Shown in pieces: positions 10,552 to 21,191 of a DNA stretch of 64,000 bases. The notes beneath the pieces are model-generated. The model saw only the letters and a list, made by a program, of their open reading frames with translations. It was not told the origin of the DNA and ran no database searches. Every line of letters begins with the position of its first letter. Position 1 is the first letter of the stretch. The stretch is from a virus (Duplodnaviria; Caudoviricetes): IMG/VR virus record IMGVR_UViG_3300033068_001847, positions 64,001 to 128,000 of that record, one strand, 5' to 3'. The position numbers and the translations under genes were made by a program.

Positions 10552-10594
10552 CTCATGAAATAAACAACTACTCAGGATGAGTTTCTTTTCTAAT

Positions 10595-11020
10595 TTACTC
10601 TTCGACTACTACAGTTGTTGTGGTAATACCAGTTAAAATTACATTTAACTTATTTTTTAATCCATAATATACATCACTTATAGTATTCCCTGTAAGTGTT
10701 ATAGAATGAAAATGTGAAGGTAAATTTCTTGGTTCAATATCTACAGGTGTAGGTACTTGTAAAAAATTAGATGTATTAAAATTAAAATTACGTTCACCTG
10801 CTAAATAATCAGTATAACTTTTAAAATAATTTACTGTTACAGTTCCTGTCATTGGTGTGATCACTTCAGGTGTAATAGTAAATGCACCTTCAGGGGTATC
10901 ATGATATACAGATTGCATTATTGTAAAGTTTACAATTTTTGCAATGGGTTGTAACACTATAAATCCACTATCTACTTTACCTTCTAAAGGTTTAACATTA
11001 GTACCTATTTGTAAATACAT
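10595..11020 (-). CDS. hypothetical protein (tail fibre region)
   Basis: ORF track. Confidence 0.7.
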   Translation of the reverse strand: MYLQIGTNVKPLEGKVDSGFIVLQPIAKIVNFTIMQSVYHDTPEGAFTITPEVITPMTGTVTVNYFKSYTDYLAGERNFNFNTSNFLQVPTPVDIEPRNLPSHFHSITLTGNTISDVYYGLKNKLNVILTGITTTTVVVEE

Positions 11021-11024
11021 CTTA

Positions 11025-11195
11025 TTATTTCTTTGCTTCTGGTGCTTGTTCAGCTACCTCTAATTGTTTAATAATACCATCTAGTGTTTGTAATGCTATG
11101 ATTATATGTTGGTGATCCTGACGTGATAATTGCACGGTACTTGTTACTCTGTCTAAAATTTCCAAAGCTTGTTTTGGTGTCATTTGTTGTTCCAT
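11025..11195 (-). CDS. small hypothetical protein, 56 aa, not in ORF track
   Basis: MEQQMTPKQALEILDRVTSTVQLSRQDHQHIIIALQTLDGIIKQLEVAEQAPEAKK; TATTTATA motif at 11241-11248. Confidence 0.7.
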   Translation of the reverse strand: MEQQMTPKQALEILDRVTSTVQLSRQDHQHIIIALQTLDGIIKQLEVAEQAPEAKK

Positions 11196-11248
11196 AATTA
11201 TTTTCTTAATTTATATTAATATAATTTTTAATTTATTTTTTATAAATA

Positions 11249-11515
11249 CTATTTCTCCCAATATTTTTTTGGACAAGAAGATGCATATGGTGAAAATATT
11301 TTTTTTGATAAAACACATCCACATGCTCCACATTTAAACTGATTTAATAAAGCATTTTTATCAGTCATTGCTTTTAATAAAGCATTATCTAATTGAACCT
11401 TAAAGGGACAAGCATCACATATAGTTGCTCTATAATTTGCAATTTCTTGTTGTTCTTTACTTGGGTTAAATGAGGTAACCCATGCTGTAAATATTTCACT
11501 AATTTTAGCAATCAT
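11249..11515 (-). CDS. small Cys-rich putative Zn-binding protein
   Basis: CDACP...CGACGC...SCPKKYW. Confidence 0.7.
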   Translation of the reverse strand: MIAKISEIFTAWVTSFNPSKEQQEIANYRATICDACPFKVQLDNALLKAMTDKNALLNQFKCGACGCVLSKKIFSPYASSCPKKYWEK

Positions 11516-11556
11516 ATAAATAATATATATTTATTTATTTAATATTTAAAGTTTAT

Positions 11557-11982
11557 TTATAATAACTCACTAAAACATTCAGTAGCTTGTATAATATATC
11601 CAGTTCCACTATCAATTGTTATACCTGTAGTATATTCAGCACAAACAGATACATTACCTTCAACAGGTACACTTCCATAAGTATATCCTCCCTCACAAAT
11701 TCTATAACCAAAAATAAGTTCTGTTAAACCTGTATTATAAATTGTAAAAGTATAACAAAGTGTTGTAGAACCAGATCCTATAGGACAAGATGTTAAATCC
11801 TCATAAGGTGCTATATAATCAGGATCTGAAAATGTGTTTGTTTTAGTTGCCTGTGGGAGACCAGAAATTCTAATAGGAACATCATAAATATCCAAAGGCT
11901 CTTGATATAATGGATCTTCTATATCTACTATATCTGTTCTTACTCTTTTTAATGTAAGTACTTCTCTATTACCTGTATTCAT
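11557..11982 (-). CDS. hypothetical protein (tail fibre-associated)
   Basis: ORF track; position downstream of fibre gene. Confidence 0.65.
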   Translation of the reverse strand: MNTGNREVLTLKRVRTDIVDIEDPLYQEPLDIYDVPIRISGLPQATKTNTFSDPDYIAPYEDLTSCPIGSGSTTLCYTFTIYNTGLTELIFGYRICEGGYTYGSVPVEGNVSVCAEYTTGITIDSGTGYIIQATECFSELL

Positions 11983-12007
11983 ATTTTTTTATATTAATTA
12001 TTTTTTT

Positions 12008-12325
12008 TTAATCAGATTCACATCTTGAAGTAGCTTCTATCCATCCTCCAGTTATTACTACTGAATCATCTACACAATAAGAAGTACCTTCTATCCATCC
12101 TCCAGTAACTGCATCTACTGGTAAAAATGTTCTTTTTGGAACTAAATAATTATCACCATGACCAGCCATATTTGTACTATCAAATACATACTTTTCAATA
12201 GCTTCTGATTTAGTTACTGGTTCTTGTGAAGTCACATGGAACTGTCCCGGTTTTAAATCAAATCCACTAGTTTGTAAATCTGTAAATGTCACCATATATT
12301 TAAGACCTTTATCTACCCAAGCCAT
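12008..12325 (-). CDS. hypothetical protein with tandem TGGWIExTSxC repeat
   Basis: ORF overlaps the end of the upstream fibre gene. Confidence 0.65.
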   Translation of the reverse strand: MAWVDKGLKYMVTFTDLQTSGFDLKPGQFHVTSQEPVTKSEAIEKYVFDSTNMAGHGDNYLVPKRTFLPVDAVTGGWIEGTSYCVDDSVVITGGWIEATSRCESD

Positions 12326-15300
12326 TTAATTGTTCTTTTAATTTTTTTATTTCATCTTCTAAATCCTCTACTTTAGCAACAAGTACTGCTGTATAATTTA
12401 TTGATAGAAAACCATTGTTATTAGTAAATACTGCTTCAGGCATATAATTTTGTACTTGTTGTGCAGAATATCCATAATTAATATTAGTGCCTTTAATTGC
12501 ATCTTTCCATGTCCAAGCAATTGCTGTAATACCATTTGCACTGAATTTCTTATTAACTATATTTTTAAGTCGTATATCAGAAGTTTCAATAAAATTATCT
12601 GCTGTTATATCAGAACCTACTGTCATTGCACCATTTACGTTAGCAATAGATACTCTTGTTGTCCAAGTTCCTGTTCTAAATGTTTGAAGCTGCATATCAC
12701 CATCATCACCTAGATGAAATGCTGCACCTCTTGTAGCTGTTACAGAGTCATTAAGTTGTAACCTCGCTCCAGTTGATAGATCATCATCTGCGGCTTTTGT
12801 TATAAAAACCTGCCCGTTTTCAATACCTAAATTTTTATTGAATGCCGTATTACCTCTTCCAAGTACAGTATCTATTGTATCTACCTCAGTAAAAGAAGTT
12901 AAATAACCCGCATCATTTGTGAAATAACTAACTCCAGTAGGTTTACCAGTTACATCAGTCCATGCAGGTACATAACTTATAGATTTATATAAACCAGCAT
13001 GATTACCCCAACTATAGGCTGTATTACCATTTGAAATATCTGTAGTAGTTGGAATTACATAACCTGCTGTTAAAGTAAGTGCTAGAGTACCTGATGTTGT
13101 GATTGGATTACCTGCTATACTTAAACCAGTAGGTACACTCATATTTACTGATGTCACTGTACCTGCATTACTAGTATATCCGTTTGGATTACTTGCTAAA
13201 TAATATGTAGAGTTATCGTAACTTATTACACCTCCTGTACTTTTAACAAAACCTGTTCCTATTAAAGCATCTTGTTTTCCATGCCAAATAACAGATGATG
13301 ATATATAAGTATCAGCAATAGGAGTTCCTTGCCAAGTACCTGTACCGATTGTACCTAATGTTGTAATTGAGGTTTGACCTACATATGTTGATGCTATATC
13401 AATTGTAGGTGTTAATCCACCACCCCCTGAAACAGTTATTCTATTAGGTGTTCCAGTAGTTGTTATTGTCCAAGTTCTATCAGTTGTTAAATTTTGAGTT
13501 GAACCATTAATAGTTATATTAGTTGCAGAAGTTGTATATGTAGTAGAAGGTATTTCTTCATATGCATTGGTTGAATTATTTTTAACTACTAATGTATATC
13601 CTCCTGAACTATATGTTGTTGGATCATTGTAAATCGTTGCTTGGAACGTTTTAGATCCACTAAATGTTTGAGATCCAGTAGTTACATAACCTGAATCACT
13701 TGCACTAGCAGGAATGGAGCTTATAATACCTGTACCTGAACTATAAAATATAGGGTATGTTGCAGATAAATCAATATCTGCTCGAACTTCAGCACCAGTT
13801 CTAAATTTTAAATCACCTCCATCAGATACAATAAACTTATCAACATCTGTTGTAGCAGCCTGTAAATTGGTTATAGTGATATTAGGTGTAGTAAATCTAC
13901 CTATATCACTAAGTGTTGTTGTTGTAACTGAATTTTTAGTATATGTAAATGGGTTACCTGTAGCTGCTGTAGCATGATTTATGTTAATAGACTTTGCACC
14001 AGCAAGAGTTGTATTAATATCAATAGCAGTTCCACCTGTATTAAATATACGCACACCTGTACCAGTTGAAGTATTTGCAATATCTATACCTATACTGGTA
14101 TTTATATTACTTACATAAATACCTTTACCACTTGTATTATTACTTACACTATAACCATTCCCTGAAGAGGAATTAGAAACATGTACACCATTACCACTAC
14201 TACCATTAAAAAGATCAATACCAATACCAGTACTACTATTAGTTACACTTATACCTCTACCAGTATTTGTATTATCTACATGTAATCCTCTAGCTGTATT
14301 ACTATTGGTCAATTGGAAACCATATCCATTACTAGAATTATTTAAATAAATACCATAACCAGTACTACTATTATTAATATCTATTCCTATTCCACCAGAT
14401 ATATTATTAATATATGTTGCTTTACCTGTAGAACTATTTGTTACATCAATAGCATTATCAGTACCTGAATATATTATAGTATGACCGTAACCTGTAGTTA
14501 TTGTTTGAAGTATACTGTGGTTAGTTCCTAAATCAATATTTTTAGTTGCACCAGTATAAGGAACATATAAATCATTACCTTGACCTAATGTTATAAATTC
14601 ATCTAATTCAATAGCATCATCACCAATTACTCTTCCACTGAATCTTGCTGATATCAAATCAGTAGTAAATAAATCTAACTTATATGTGGGTGATATCCCA
14701 AATCCAATTTTATGAGTTGTATCACCTATTAAAACAACGTTATTGACTGAACTGGATAGATTATGACCAATTAATATATTATTGGTTAAAGTACTACTAG
14801 CATTAATATTATTACCAACATAAATACTATCAGATCCTGATGTAATACCGCTTGCAGTATAAGTACCTATACCAATATTTCTTGATCCAGAGGTGATTCC
14901 ACTAAAACTACCTTGACCGATACCAATAACTGAAGCACCAGTATTTGAAACATTCAAATTACCAGCATTAACACCTAAATAAAGACTAGTTTCATTAAAT
15001 GTTCCTGTAGTATGTAATATTCTATTACCATTTTTCCAAAGTGTTTTACCATAATAAAAATGATCACCTACAGTTGCATTTCCACTGATTCTAAATTTTT
15101 TATTTTCTATTACAGCATCTTGATTTCTTATAAAATTTAAATCAGCTTCTGGTTTACTATATGTATAACCAGATTGAATATATCTACCATCTAAATTTAC
15201 AATTACATTAGTTTCATCATTTTTTTTCTTTAATGTTAAATCACCATTATTAACATTAAATGTTGCTCCTGTTAAATAGATATCAATTGGTGGTGTGTAA

Positions 15301-15779
15301 GGATCTGAGTCAATTAATAACTCTCTCCATATAGTCTCTAAACGAGTCATAGGAGGATAATAAGTACCAGTGTCTATACCACCTAATTTTCCGCTAGGTA
15401 TGTTTGTAGTTAATCCAGAAAGTAATACAGGAGATTCAGATGTAGTTGCACCTGATAACATTGTAAAAACTAAAGAACTTCCAGAAACAATAACAACGTG
15501 ACCTTCATAACCTGAATAAGTAAATGGTGTATCAGTTAATTGTAAAAAACTAGTTGCACCTGATGTACCTATTCCACCAGTCATTCCACTAAGTGGTGCA
15601 GATAGTACTAAACCATATTCATCAGTAAAAAGGATGTTTGGATTATTATAACCGCCAAGTCTTGCAACTCCCGGTAGTATTAGATTTTCACCTAAATTAA
15701 TTGATCCCGCTAAAATTGCAGTTTTACCTGTTTCGATTCTAGCCTGCTTAGTTAAGTCGAGCTTTGTTATATATGCCAT
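12309..15779 (-). CDS. long tail fibre with beta-helix repeats and C-terminal intramolecular chaperone (peptidase S74-like)
   Basis: N.S.G.GI repeats; C-terminal ETSDIRLKN...YGYSAQQV...PEAV...INY plus coiled coil. Confidence 0.8.
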   Translation of the reverse strand: MAYITKLDLTKQARIETGKTAILAGSINLGENLILPGVARLGGYNNPNILFTDEYGLVLSAPLSGMTGGIGTSGATSFLQLTDTPFTYSGYEGHVVIVSGSSLVFTMLSGATTSESPVLLSGLTTNIPSGKLGGIDTGTYYPPMTRLETIWRELLIDSDPYTPPIDIYLTGATFNVNNGDLTLKKKNDETNVIVNLDGRYIQSGYTYSKPEADLNFIRNQDAVIENKKFRISGNATVGDHFYYGKTLWKNGNRILHTTGTFNETSLYLGVNAGNLNVSNTGASVIGIGQGSFSGITSGSRNIGIGTYTASGITSGSDSIYVGNNINASSTLTNNILIGHNLSSSVNNVVLIGDTTHKIGFGISPTYKLDLFTTDLISARFSGRVIGDDAIELDEFITLGQGNDLYVPYTGATKNIDLGTNHSILQTITTGYGHTIIYSGTDNAIDVTNSSTGKATYINNISGGIGIDINNSSTGYGIYLNNSSNGYGFQLTNSNTARGLHVDNTNTGRGISVTNSSTGIGIDLFNGSSGNGVHVSNSSSGNGYSVSNNTSGKGIYVSNINTSIGIDIANTSTGTGVRIFNTGGTAIDINTTLAGAKSININHATAATGNPFTYTKNSVTTTTLSDIGRFTTPNITITNLQAATTDVDKFIVSDGGDLKFRTGAEVRADIDLSATYPIFYSSGTGIISSIPASASDSGYVTTGSQTFSGSKTFQATIYNDPTTYSSGGYTLVVKNNSTNAYEEIPSTTYTTSATNITINGSTQNLTTDRTWTITTTGTPNRITVSGGGGLTPTIDIASTYVGQTSITTLGTIGTGTWQGTPIADTYISSSVIWHGKQDALIGTGFVKSTGGVISYDNSTYYLASNPNGYTSNAGTVTSVNMSVPTGLSIAGNPITTSGTLALTLTAGYVIPTTTDISNGNTAYSWGNHAGLYKSISYVPAWTDVTGKPTGVSYFTNDAGYLTSFTEVDTIDTVLGRGNTAFNKNLGIENGQVFITKAADDDLSTGARLQLNDSVTATRGAAFHLGDDGDMQLQTFRTGTWTTRVSIANVNGAMTVGSDITADNFIETSDIRLKNIVNKKFSANGITAIAWTWKDAIKGTNINYGYSAQQVQNYMPEAVFTNNNGFLSINYTAVLVAKVEDLEDEIKKLKEQLNGLGR

Positions 15780-15861
15780 GTTTCTGAATTATGTGATTTT
15801 ATATAAAATCATAAACCTTAAAAAGGATGTAATTCTTTTATATAAATAGTTCAGAAAATTA

Positions 15862-17790
15862 TTATTTAATTATATAACTAAAAGTAAATCTATGATTTTC
15901 TGATCCTAGACTATATAAAAAGCTTGTAATATTTAATAAAGCATTATCATTTGATGTATCTGCCATTATAGTTAAAACTACACTATTGTTTAAATTTGTC
16001 CATGCACCTAAACCAGATAAATCATCAGTATGTGTAAAATTTGACGGAATTGGTAAGGATAAATTTATAGTTGTTGTAGTACTGTTAGCATTAACGTCAA
16101 AATCTAAATTTCCATATACCGTTACAACATCTCCAACTCTAGTGTATGTACATGTATGGGCACTACTTGAGGTTATATTAGTAGCATTAGATAAAGTTGG
16201 AACATATGTTCCACTTAATAAATTATTAGCAGATGTATTTCCTGTTACAACTAAATTACTATTAATTTGTGTAGTACCTGATCCAGTATAATGAAATTTT
16301 ATATTACCATTACCATCCGAAATTATAATATTATCTGATATATTACCTAACATATAATTACCTGCACCAATAACAGTATTAGCTGATCCAGTACTTATCC
16401 CATTTATGTTAAATCCTACAAACGTATTCCTAATACCAGTGTTAATATTTGTACCACTACCACCACCAATTACTGTATTATATGAACCAGTACTTATTGA
16501 TGATATATTAAATGCACCTATACCGACATTCTGTTCACCACTGGTTAAATAACCACCTAATACATTACTACCAATAGCTATATTATAATTACCTGAAGGA
16601 GTACCACCAGTAGCATTTCTTAATGCACCTTCACCAAATACTAAATTTCCACTACCACCATTATCTCTACCAATACCAACGGTAATATTACCTCCAATTA
16701 AAATATTTCGATCACTTGTTAAATGTAAAACACTAGTAAAAGTATTTCCAGACCTACTAAAACCCATTCGTAATTCACCAGTACTTGCAGTTGTACCTTG
16801 AACTGGTAATGTCCAAATTCTCCATTCATTATCTTCTGGACCATTACTTGTAGTATATGCGTTACTTGTAAATCGAAGTGCTGGTGCTGGTCTTTGAGAA
16901 CCATTACTTGCTACGGTGTAATTGTCATTAGCTAATCGAAGTCCATCTGCTAATGTTGCTCCACTAACATTTAAAAGAACTAATAACCCATCATCTTGTA
17001 TTTTTAATCTTTCTACTGAAGATTTACTATAAACAAAGGGTGCACCAGTAGCTGAAACACCGTTATCAATTCTTAATCCTTCACCACTACCTATATTATA
17101 TATACCTACATTTCGACTAGCTTTATAATTATAAGATTGAAAATTAATTCCATTTGAACCATTATTATTACTAATATTTATACCAAATGCACCTTTATAA
17201 TCTACATATAATGCTGTATTTGATTTTGTATTTAAAGTAACAGAACCATTATAGTCTATACTAAATATAGTACCGTTATTATTAAATGAATTTTCAATAA
17301 AAAGACTATTCGAAAAGTTTCTAAGTCTAAAATCAGTCCTACCAGTATCTCCATATGTTATACCTGATGTAGTAAAATCAATTGATGATGATGATCCACT
17401 TGACAATCTATTAAGTTCAATTTTTGTTGTTGTGCCTGTACTTGAAAATCGCTTAACCCCAACAAAAGTTTGATCTATAGTTGTCATTATACCACCGAAA
17501 GAAGATGATGCTGGTTCTAAATTTAATATTCCTGATGATAATGTTAAACCTGAAGCATTCGGTGTATTACCAATAATTTCTGTACTAACTCCACCACCTG
17601 TTGAACCAGTAGAAGCTGTGAAATCAGCACTTAGAAAACTGCCATCACCTAAACCTAATAAAATAGTATTTGTACTTGTACCTGTAATGTTTAATGAAAT
17701 TGGTCTCTTATTATAACCAATTGTCCAATTTTCAGCAAGCGATCTAGTAACGTAATTTGGTATATCAGAAAGATTACTATTTAAACCCAT
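15862..17790 (-). CDS. tail fibre / receptor-binding protein
   Basis: TGxxNxxIG repeats; shares an identical block and a related C-terminal domain with the 6129 ORF. Confidence 0.75.
   Translation of the reverse strand: MGLNSNLSDIPNYVTRSLAENWTIGYNKRPISLNITGTSTNTILLGLGDGSFLSADFTASTGSTGGGVSTEIIGNTPNASGLTLSSGILNLEPASSSFGGIMTTIDQTFVGVKRFSSTGTTTKIELNRLSSGSSSSIDFTTSGITYGDTGRTDFRLRNFSNSLFIENSFNNNGTIFSIDYNGSVTLNTKSNTALYVDYKGAFGINISNNNGSNGINFQSYNYKASRNVGIYNIGSGEGLRIDNGVSATGAPFVYSKSSVERLKIQDDGLLVLLNVSGATLADGLRLANDNYTVASNGSQRPAPALRFTSNAYTTSNGPEDNEWRIWTLPVQGTTASTGELRMGFSRSGNTFTSVLHLTSDRNILIGGNITVGIGRDNGGSGNLVFGEGALRNATGGTPSGNYNIAIGSNVLGGYLTSGEQNVGIGAFNISSISTGSYNTVIGGGSGTNINTGIRNTFVGFNINGISTGSANTVIGAGNYMLGNISDNIIISDGNGNIKFHYTGSGTTQINSNLVVTGNTSANNLLSGTYVPTLSNATNITSSSAHTCTYTRVGDVVTVYGNLDFDVNANSTTTTINLSLPIPSNFTHTDDLSGLGAWTNLNNSVVLTIMADTSNDNALLNITSFLYSLGSENHRFTFSYIIK
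17246..17601. repeat. 356-bp direct repeat, copy 2
   Basis: Identical to 6847..7202. Confidence 0.9.
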
Positions 17791-17855
17791 TTATCTCTTT
17801 TATTATAAATATTATCATTTACAATTTTATAAGGGATAAGTTAATTAATAGTAAT

Positions 17856-20216
17856 TTATACTAATATTTCATAACTAAAACTAAATGTATATAATTGACT
17901 TACACTTGTTTGATCAAAAAATGCACTTATTTCATCATTTGTAGTATCAGCAGTTAATGAACCCAAAAAATTGTTAGGTTTACTAACCATAAGTCCATTT
18001 AAATTTTCAACAGATGTAAAATTAGAAGGTATAGGTAAACTCATTCTCATCAATCCAGTACCTGCGCCATTACTTTGAATATTAACTGATCCATGAACAG
18101 TTACAATATTACCTATTCTAATAAATTGACATATATGTGGAACTGTTGCTGTTATTCCAGATATGTGTGTTGTTGTTGGAGTGTATGTTCCTCCTGAGAT
18201 ATTATTTGCTGTTACATTACCACTAAAAGTAGCTGTTTGACCTGAACTAATTACTAATGCCTGAGTTTCGTTAGTATAAACATACCAATCAGTCCCTGAA
18301 TAACCATAATTTACTAATCCATTACCAGATGTATAAATATCCCATTTATTAGCACCAGAAGTTTTAAATTTAATTTGACTATTAGAACTTCCGTCTAATA
18401 TTAAATTTGGAGTTGAAGTTCCACTTATTGTAATATTATTACCATATAAACCAGTACCTGTTACTATAGTATTTCCAGAAACATATAATTTTTCAGTAGG
18501 TGAGGTATGGTTAATACCTAAGTTTCCATTACCATTTAAAATCATTCTGGTAGATCTAGTTTGGACTGAGTTACCTGAAGATAAAGTTTGAGATGTTCTG
18601 AATTCAATATTACTAGTTCCTGTTCCTACTCCAATACCTGCTAATAATTGTAAAGTACCTCCTGCAAGGTTATTACTACCACCACCTTGTGTTGAACCAG
18701 CACCTATTGTTAAAATTTGTCCTACAACTGTATTACTGGAATTAGTAATACCAATACTCTTACCAGCACCATTGGTAAACTCCAAATTAAAGTTAGGTGA
18801 TGTTGATATTGTACCAATACTCATATTTCCGGCAATACCGAAATGTCCTGCTGCCTGAACTTCTGCTAATGGTGTACCACTTGGTGTACCGCTAAGAATT
18901 AAAGTTTTAGTTTGTGTTTGAATGGAAAATGTTCCTGTATTATCAAAAACAAATGATGATTTTAATGCACCTGCTATTAATGCAGCAGCTTTACCAGAAC
19001 TATTATCTACTATAAATGCGGCATCTGGTGAACGAGATACTGTAAGATTACTTGTAAACCTTTTAGCTCCTGCAAATGTCTGAGCACCTGTCGTTGTAAT
19101 ACCACCAAATGATGTATTAGCGGGTTGTAAATATAAAGTATTTCCAGAAATAGTTGCACCTGAAGCATTTGGAACACTATCTATTATACCCATACTTAAG
19201 TTATATCCAGTAGAAACTGAACCGTCTGCCATAAGGTACTGACTAGATGTTCCACCAGATTTTATAAATGAATTTGCTGTTAAAGTACCTGTTAAAGTAC
19301 CACCAGTTAATGATAAGTAATTTAGTGGTGGTATCGTTGTCAAATACGTATTTGAGTCTACAGAACCATCTGCTTTAAGAAATTGTGAACTTGTACCACC
19401 TGATTTTATAAATGAATTTGATAATAAATCTCCGCTTTTACTCATTGAAGATCTTAATTGTCCATTATGTCTCCATTCTTGTATAGCACCGATCCCGGTA
19501 TTAGCTGTATTATCTGCAATGAATGTAGGTGTTGTTGTTCCTACATTTGAAACTCTTAGAGCATGACTACTATTACTTGGATAATTTATTTCTAATGAAC
19601 CTGTTGTTGATTTATCTCCTGTTAGTCCTGATTGATCCGTATTAATAGTCCAACTACCACTTGTTGATCCAGTACTAACAGTTCCATCAGCCATTAAGTA
19701 CTGCGAACTTGTACCACCTATTTTGATAAATGAATTGGCTGTAATATCTCCACTTAAACCTATAGTTGTACCTGATAATAAATTAGTAAGTGTTCCACCT
19801 GATAAGGGTAAATAAGAACCTGATGTAATTCCAGTAAGATCACTTAAAAATGCAATTGTACCACCTTTATTAGGCATAGTTACATTCCAATTAGATGAAA
19901 ATGTACCTGTTAGGAAAGATCCGTTTGTATCATCTTGACTTTTTAAACCTAAACTTTTAGTTCCAATACCATCTCCACTGATTGCTGTAAAACCACTAGT
20001 GAATGTATTTGTTACCATTAACGTAGCAAATGATGACACCATATTAAGATCACCAGTTAACGTACCACCTGTTAAAGGTAAATAATCTGATAAATCAGGA
20101 AAAGTAACAATATTTGTATGACCCGATATTGCAGATATAGGTAAAGTAGATCCTGTAATTTGAGAACCTTTTAATTTAAGTTCAACTATTTGTTCTTGTC
20201 TTATTAACGATGCCAT
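17856..20216 (-). CDS. tail fibre / receptor-binding protein
   Basis: YLPLTGGTLTG and SFIKxGGTSSQxLxADG repeats, GNLGI...P...L.V.GN motif, shared C-terminal domain. Confidence 0.75.
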   Translation of the reverse strand: MASLIRQEQIVELKLKGSQITGSTLPISAISGHTNIVTFPDLSDYLPLTGGTLTGDLNMVSSFATLMVTNTFTSGFTAISGDGIGTKSLGLKSQDDTNGSFLTGTFSSNWNVTMPNKGGTIAFLSDLTGITSGSYLPLSGGTLTNLLSGTTIGLSGDITANSFIKIGGTSSQYLMADGTVSTGSTSGSWTINTDQSGLTGDKSTTGSLEINYPSNSSHALRVSNVGTTTPTFIADNTANTGIGAIQEWRHNGQLRSSMSKSGDLLSNSFIKSGGTSSQFLKADGSVDSNTYLTTIPPLNYLSLTGGTLTGTLTANSFIKSGGTSSQYLMADGSVSTGYNLSMGIIDSVPNASGATISGNTLYLQPANTSFGGITTTGAQTFAGAKRFTSNLTVSRSPDAAFIVDNSSGKAAALIAGALKSSFVFDNTGTFSIQTQTKTLILSGTPSGTPLAEVQAAGHFGIAGNMSIGTISTSPNFNLEFTNGAGKSIGITNSSNTVVGQILTIGAGSTQGGGSNNLAGGTLQLLAGIGVGTGTSNIEFRTSQTLSSGNSVQTRSTRMILNGNGNLGINHTSPTEKLYVSGNTIVTGTGLYGNNITISGTSTPNLILDGSSNSQIKFKTSGANKWDIYTSGNGLVNYGYSGTDWYVYTNETQALVISSGQTATFSGNVTANNISGGTYTPTTTHISGITATVPHICQFIRIGNIVTVHGSVNIQSNGAGTGLMRMSLPIPSNFTSVENLNGLMVSKPNNFLGSLTADTTNDEISAFFDQTSVSQLYTFSFSYEILV

Positions 20217-20228
20217 TACTTATAAATA

Positions 20229-21107
20229 TTATGATACCTTATAATCAGCAATAATATCATCAGTTGGGAAAGGTGGAATGGTGAAGGTTATTTCATCACT
20301 TCCAGTTTCGGTATATTGATCATCACGTATTTGACGAATACCATTTAAATATATTTTTGAAGATCCAGATACAAAATTATAAGTGGTGGTAAAAACAGTA
20401 TTTACACCATCTAATACACCAGTTAATCCATAATCACTATATTCATCACCACCACTAAGACTATACCTGCCATCTAAATTTGTAATAAAAGACCCTAAAA
20501 GAGTGGTAAGAGTTAAATTACCATTTGTTGCATTAAAATCTAAATCGGTAATACTACCTCCACCACTTCCACCACCTGCACCGGGGACATAAATTACAAT
20601 ATCTATTATTTGGTCATCACTTAATGGTTCATTTAAAATAATATTATGACTAAGAGTAGTGGTATATTCACTCTCGTTTAATCTCGCACCGTTAATAAAA
20701 ATATCTAGGTAATCACTATTGAATGGAACTACTGTAGTAATTGTAGTTTGACCGTCTGTAGAAATATAGGTTTCAACAACCCTTCCAAGTCCAGACGTTG
20801 ATCCTGTTCCGATATCAGTATTATAACTAGTAATTAATACTTTATCATTATTTAATTCAATTGAGATATTCGGACCAGCTTCTAACGTATAGAACATGCG
20901 ATCTTCGAAATCAAAGGTTTGAATTAAACCTTCATCGTTTACTGATAATACTCTATTTTCTATAGATCCGTTTAATACATATGTTAAGGATGTATTACCA
21001 CTAACTACTAAATTTTCATCTAAGGTTATACTACCTCCAAAATTTGCAGTAGTACCTGATAAAATTTTTGCTTGGCGGGTTAAGTCTAATAAAGTAGTAT
21101 ATTTCAT
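20229..21107 (-). CDS. virion structural protein (fibre-associated)
   Basis: N-terminus homologous to the 12309 fibre; IFING..L...Y / IYLNG..Q...Y repeats. Confidence 0.6.
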   Translation of the reverse strand: MKYTTLLDLTRQAKILSGTTANFGGSITLDENLVVSGNTSLTYVLNGSIENRVLSVNDEGLIQTFDFEDRMFYTLEAGPNISIELNNDKVLITSYNTDIGTGSTSGLGRVVETYISTDGQTTITTVVPFNSDYLDIFINGARLNESEYTTTLSHNIILNEPLSDDQIIDIVIYVPGAGGGSGGGSITDLDFNATNGNLTLTTLLGSFITNLDGRYSLSGGDEYSDYGLTGVLDGVNTVFTTTYNFVSGSSKIYLNGIRQIRDDQYTETGSDEITFTIPPFPTDDIIADYKVS

Positions 21108-21111
21108 TTAT

Positions 21112-21162
21112 TATAAATGAGGAAAAACTACACTCAGTAAATGTAATTTTTCCTCATTTATA
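21112..21162. terminator. long inverted repeat / terminator after nrdA
   Basis: TATAAATGAGGAAAAA...TTTTTCCTCATTTATA. Confidence 0.6.
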
Positions 21163-21191
21163 AATATTAAGAAAAGGGAATTATTTAATTA

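Noticed and set aside
6847-17601. Diversity-generating retroelement (TR/VR pair) in tail fibres
   Set aside because: The copies are identical with no adenine-specific mismatches, both are in-frame coding, and no reverse transcriptase is present in the window.
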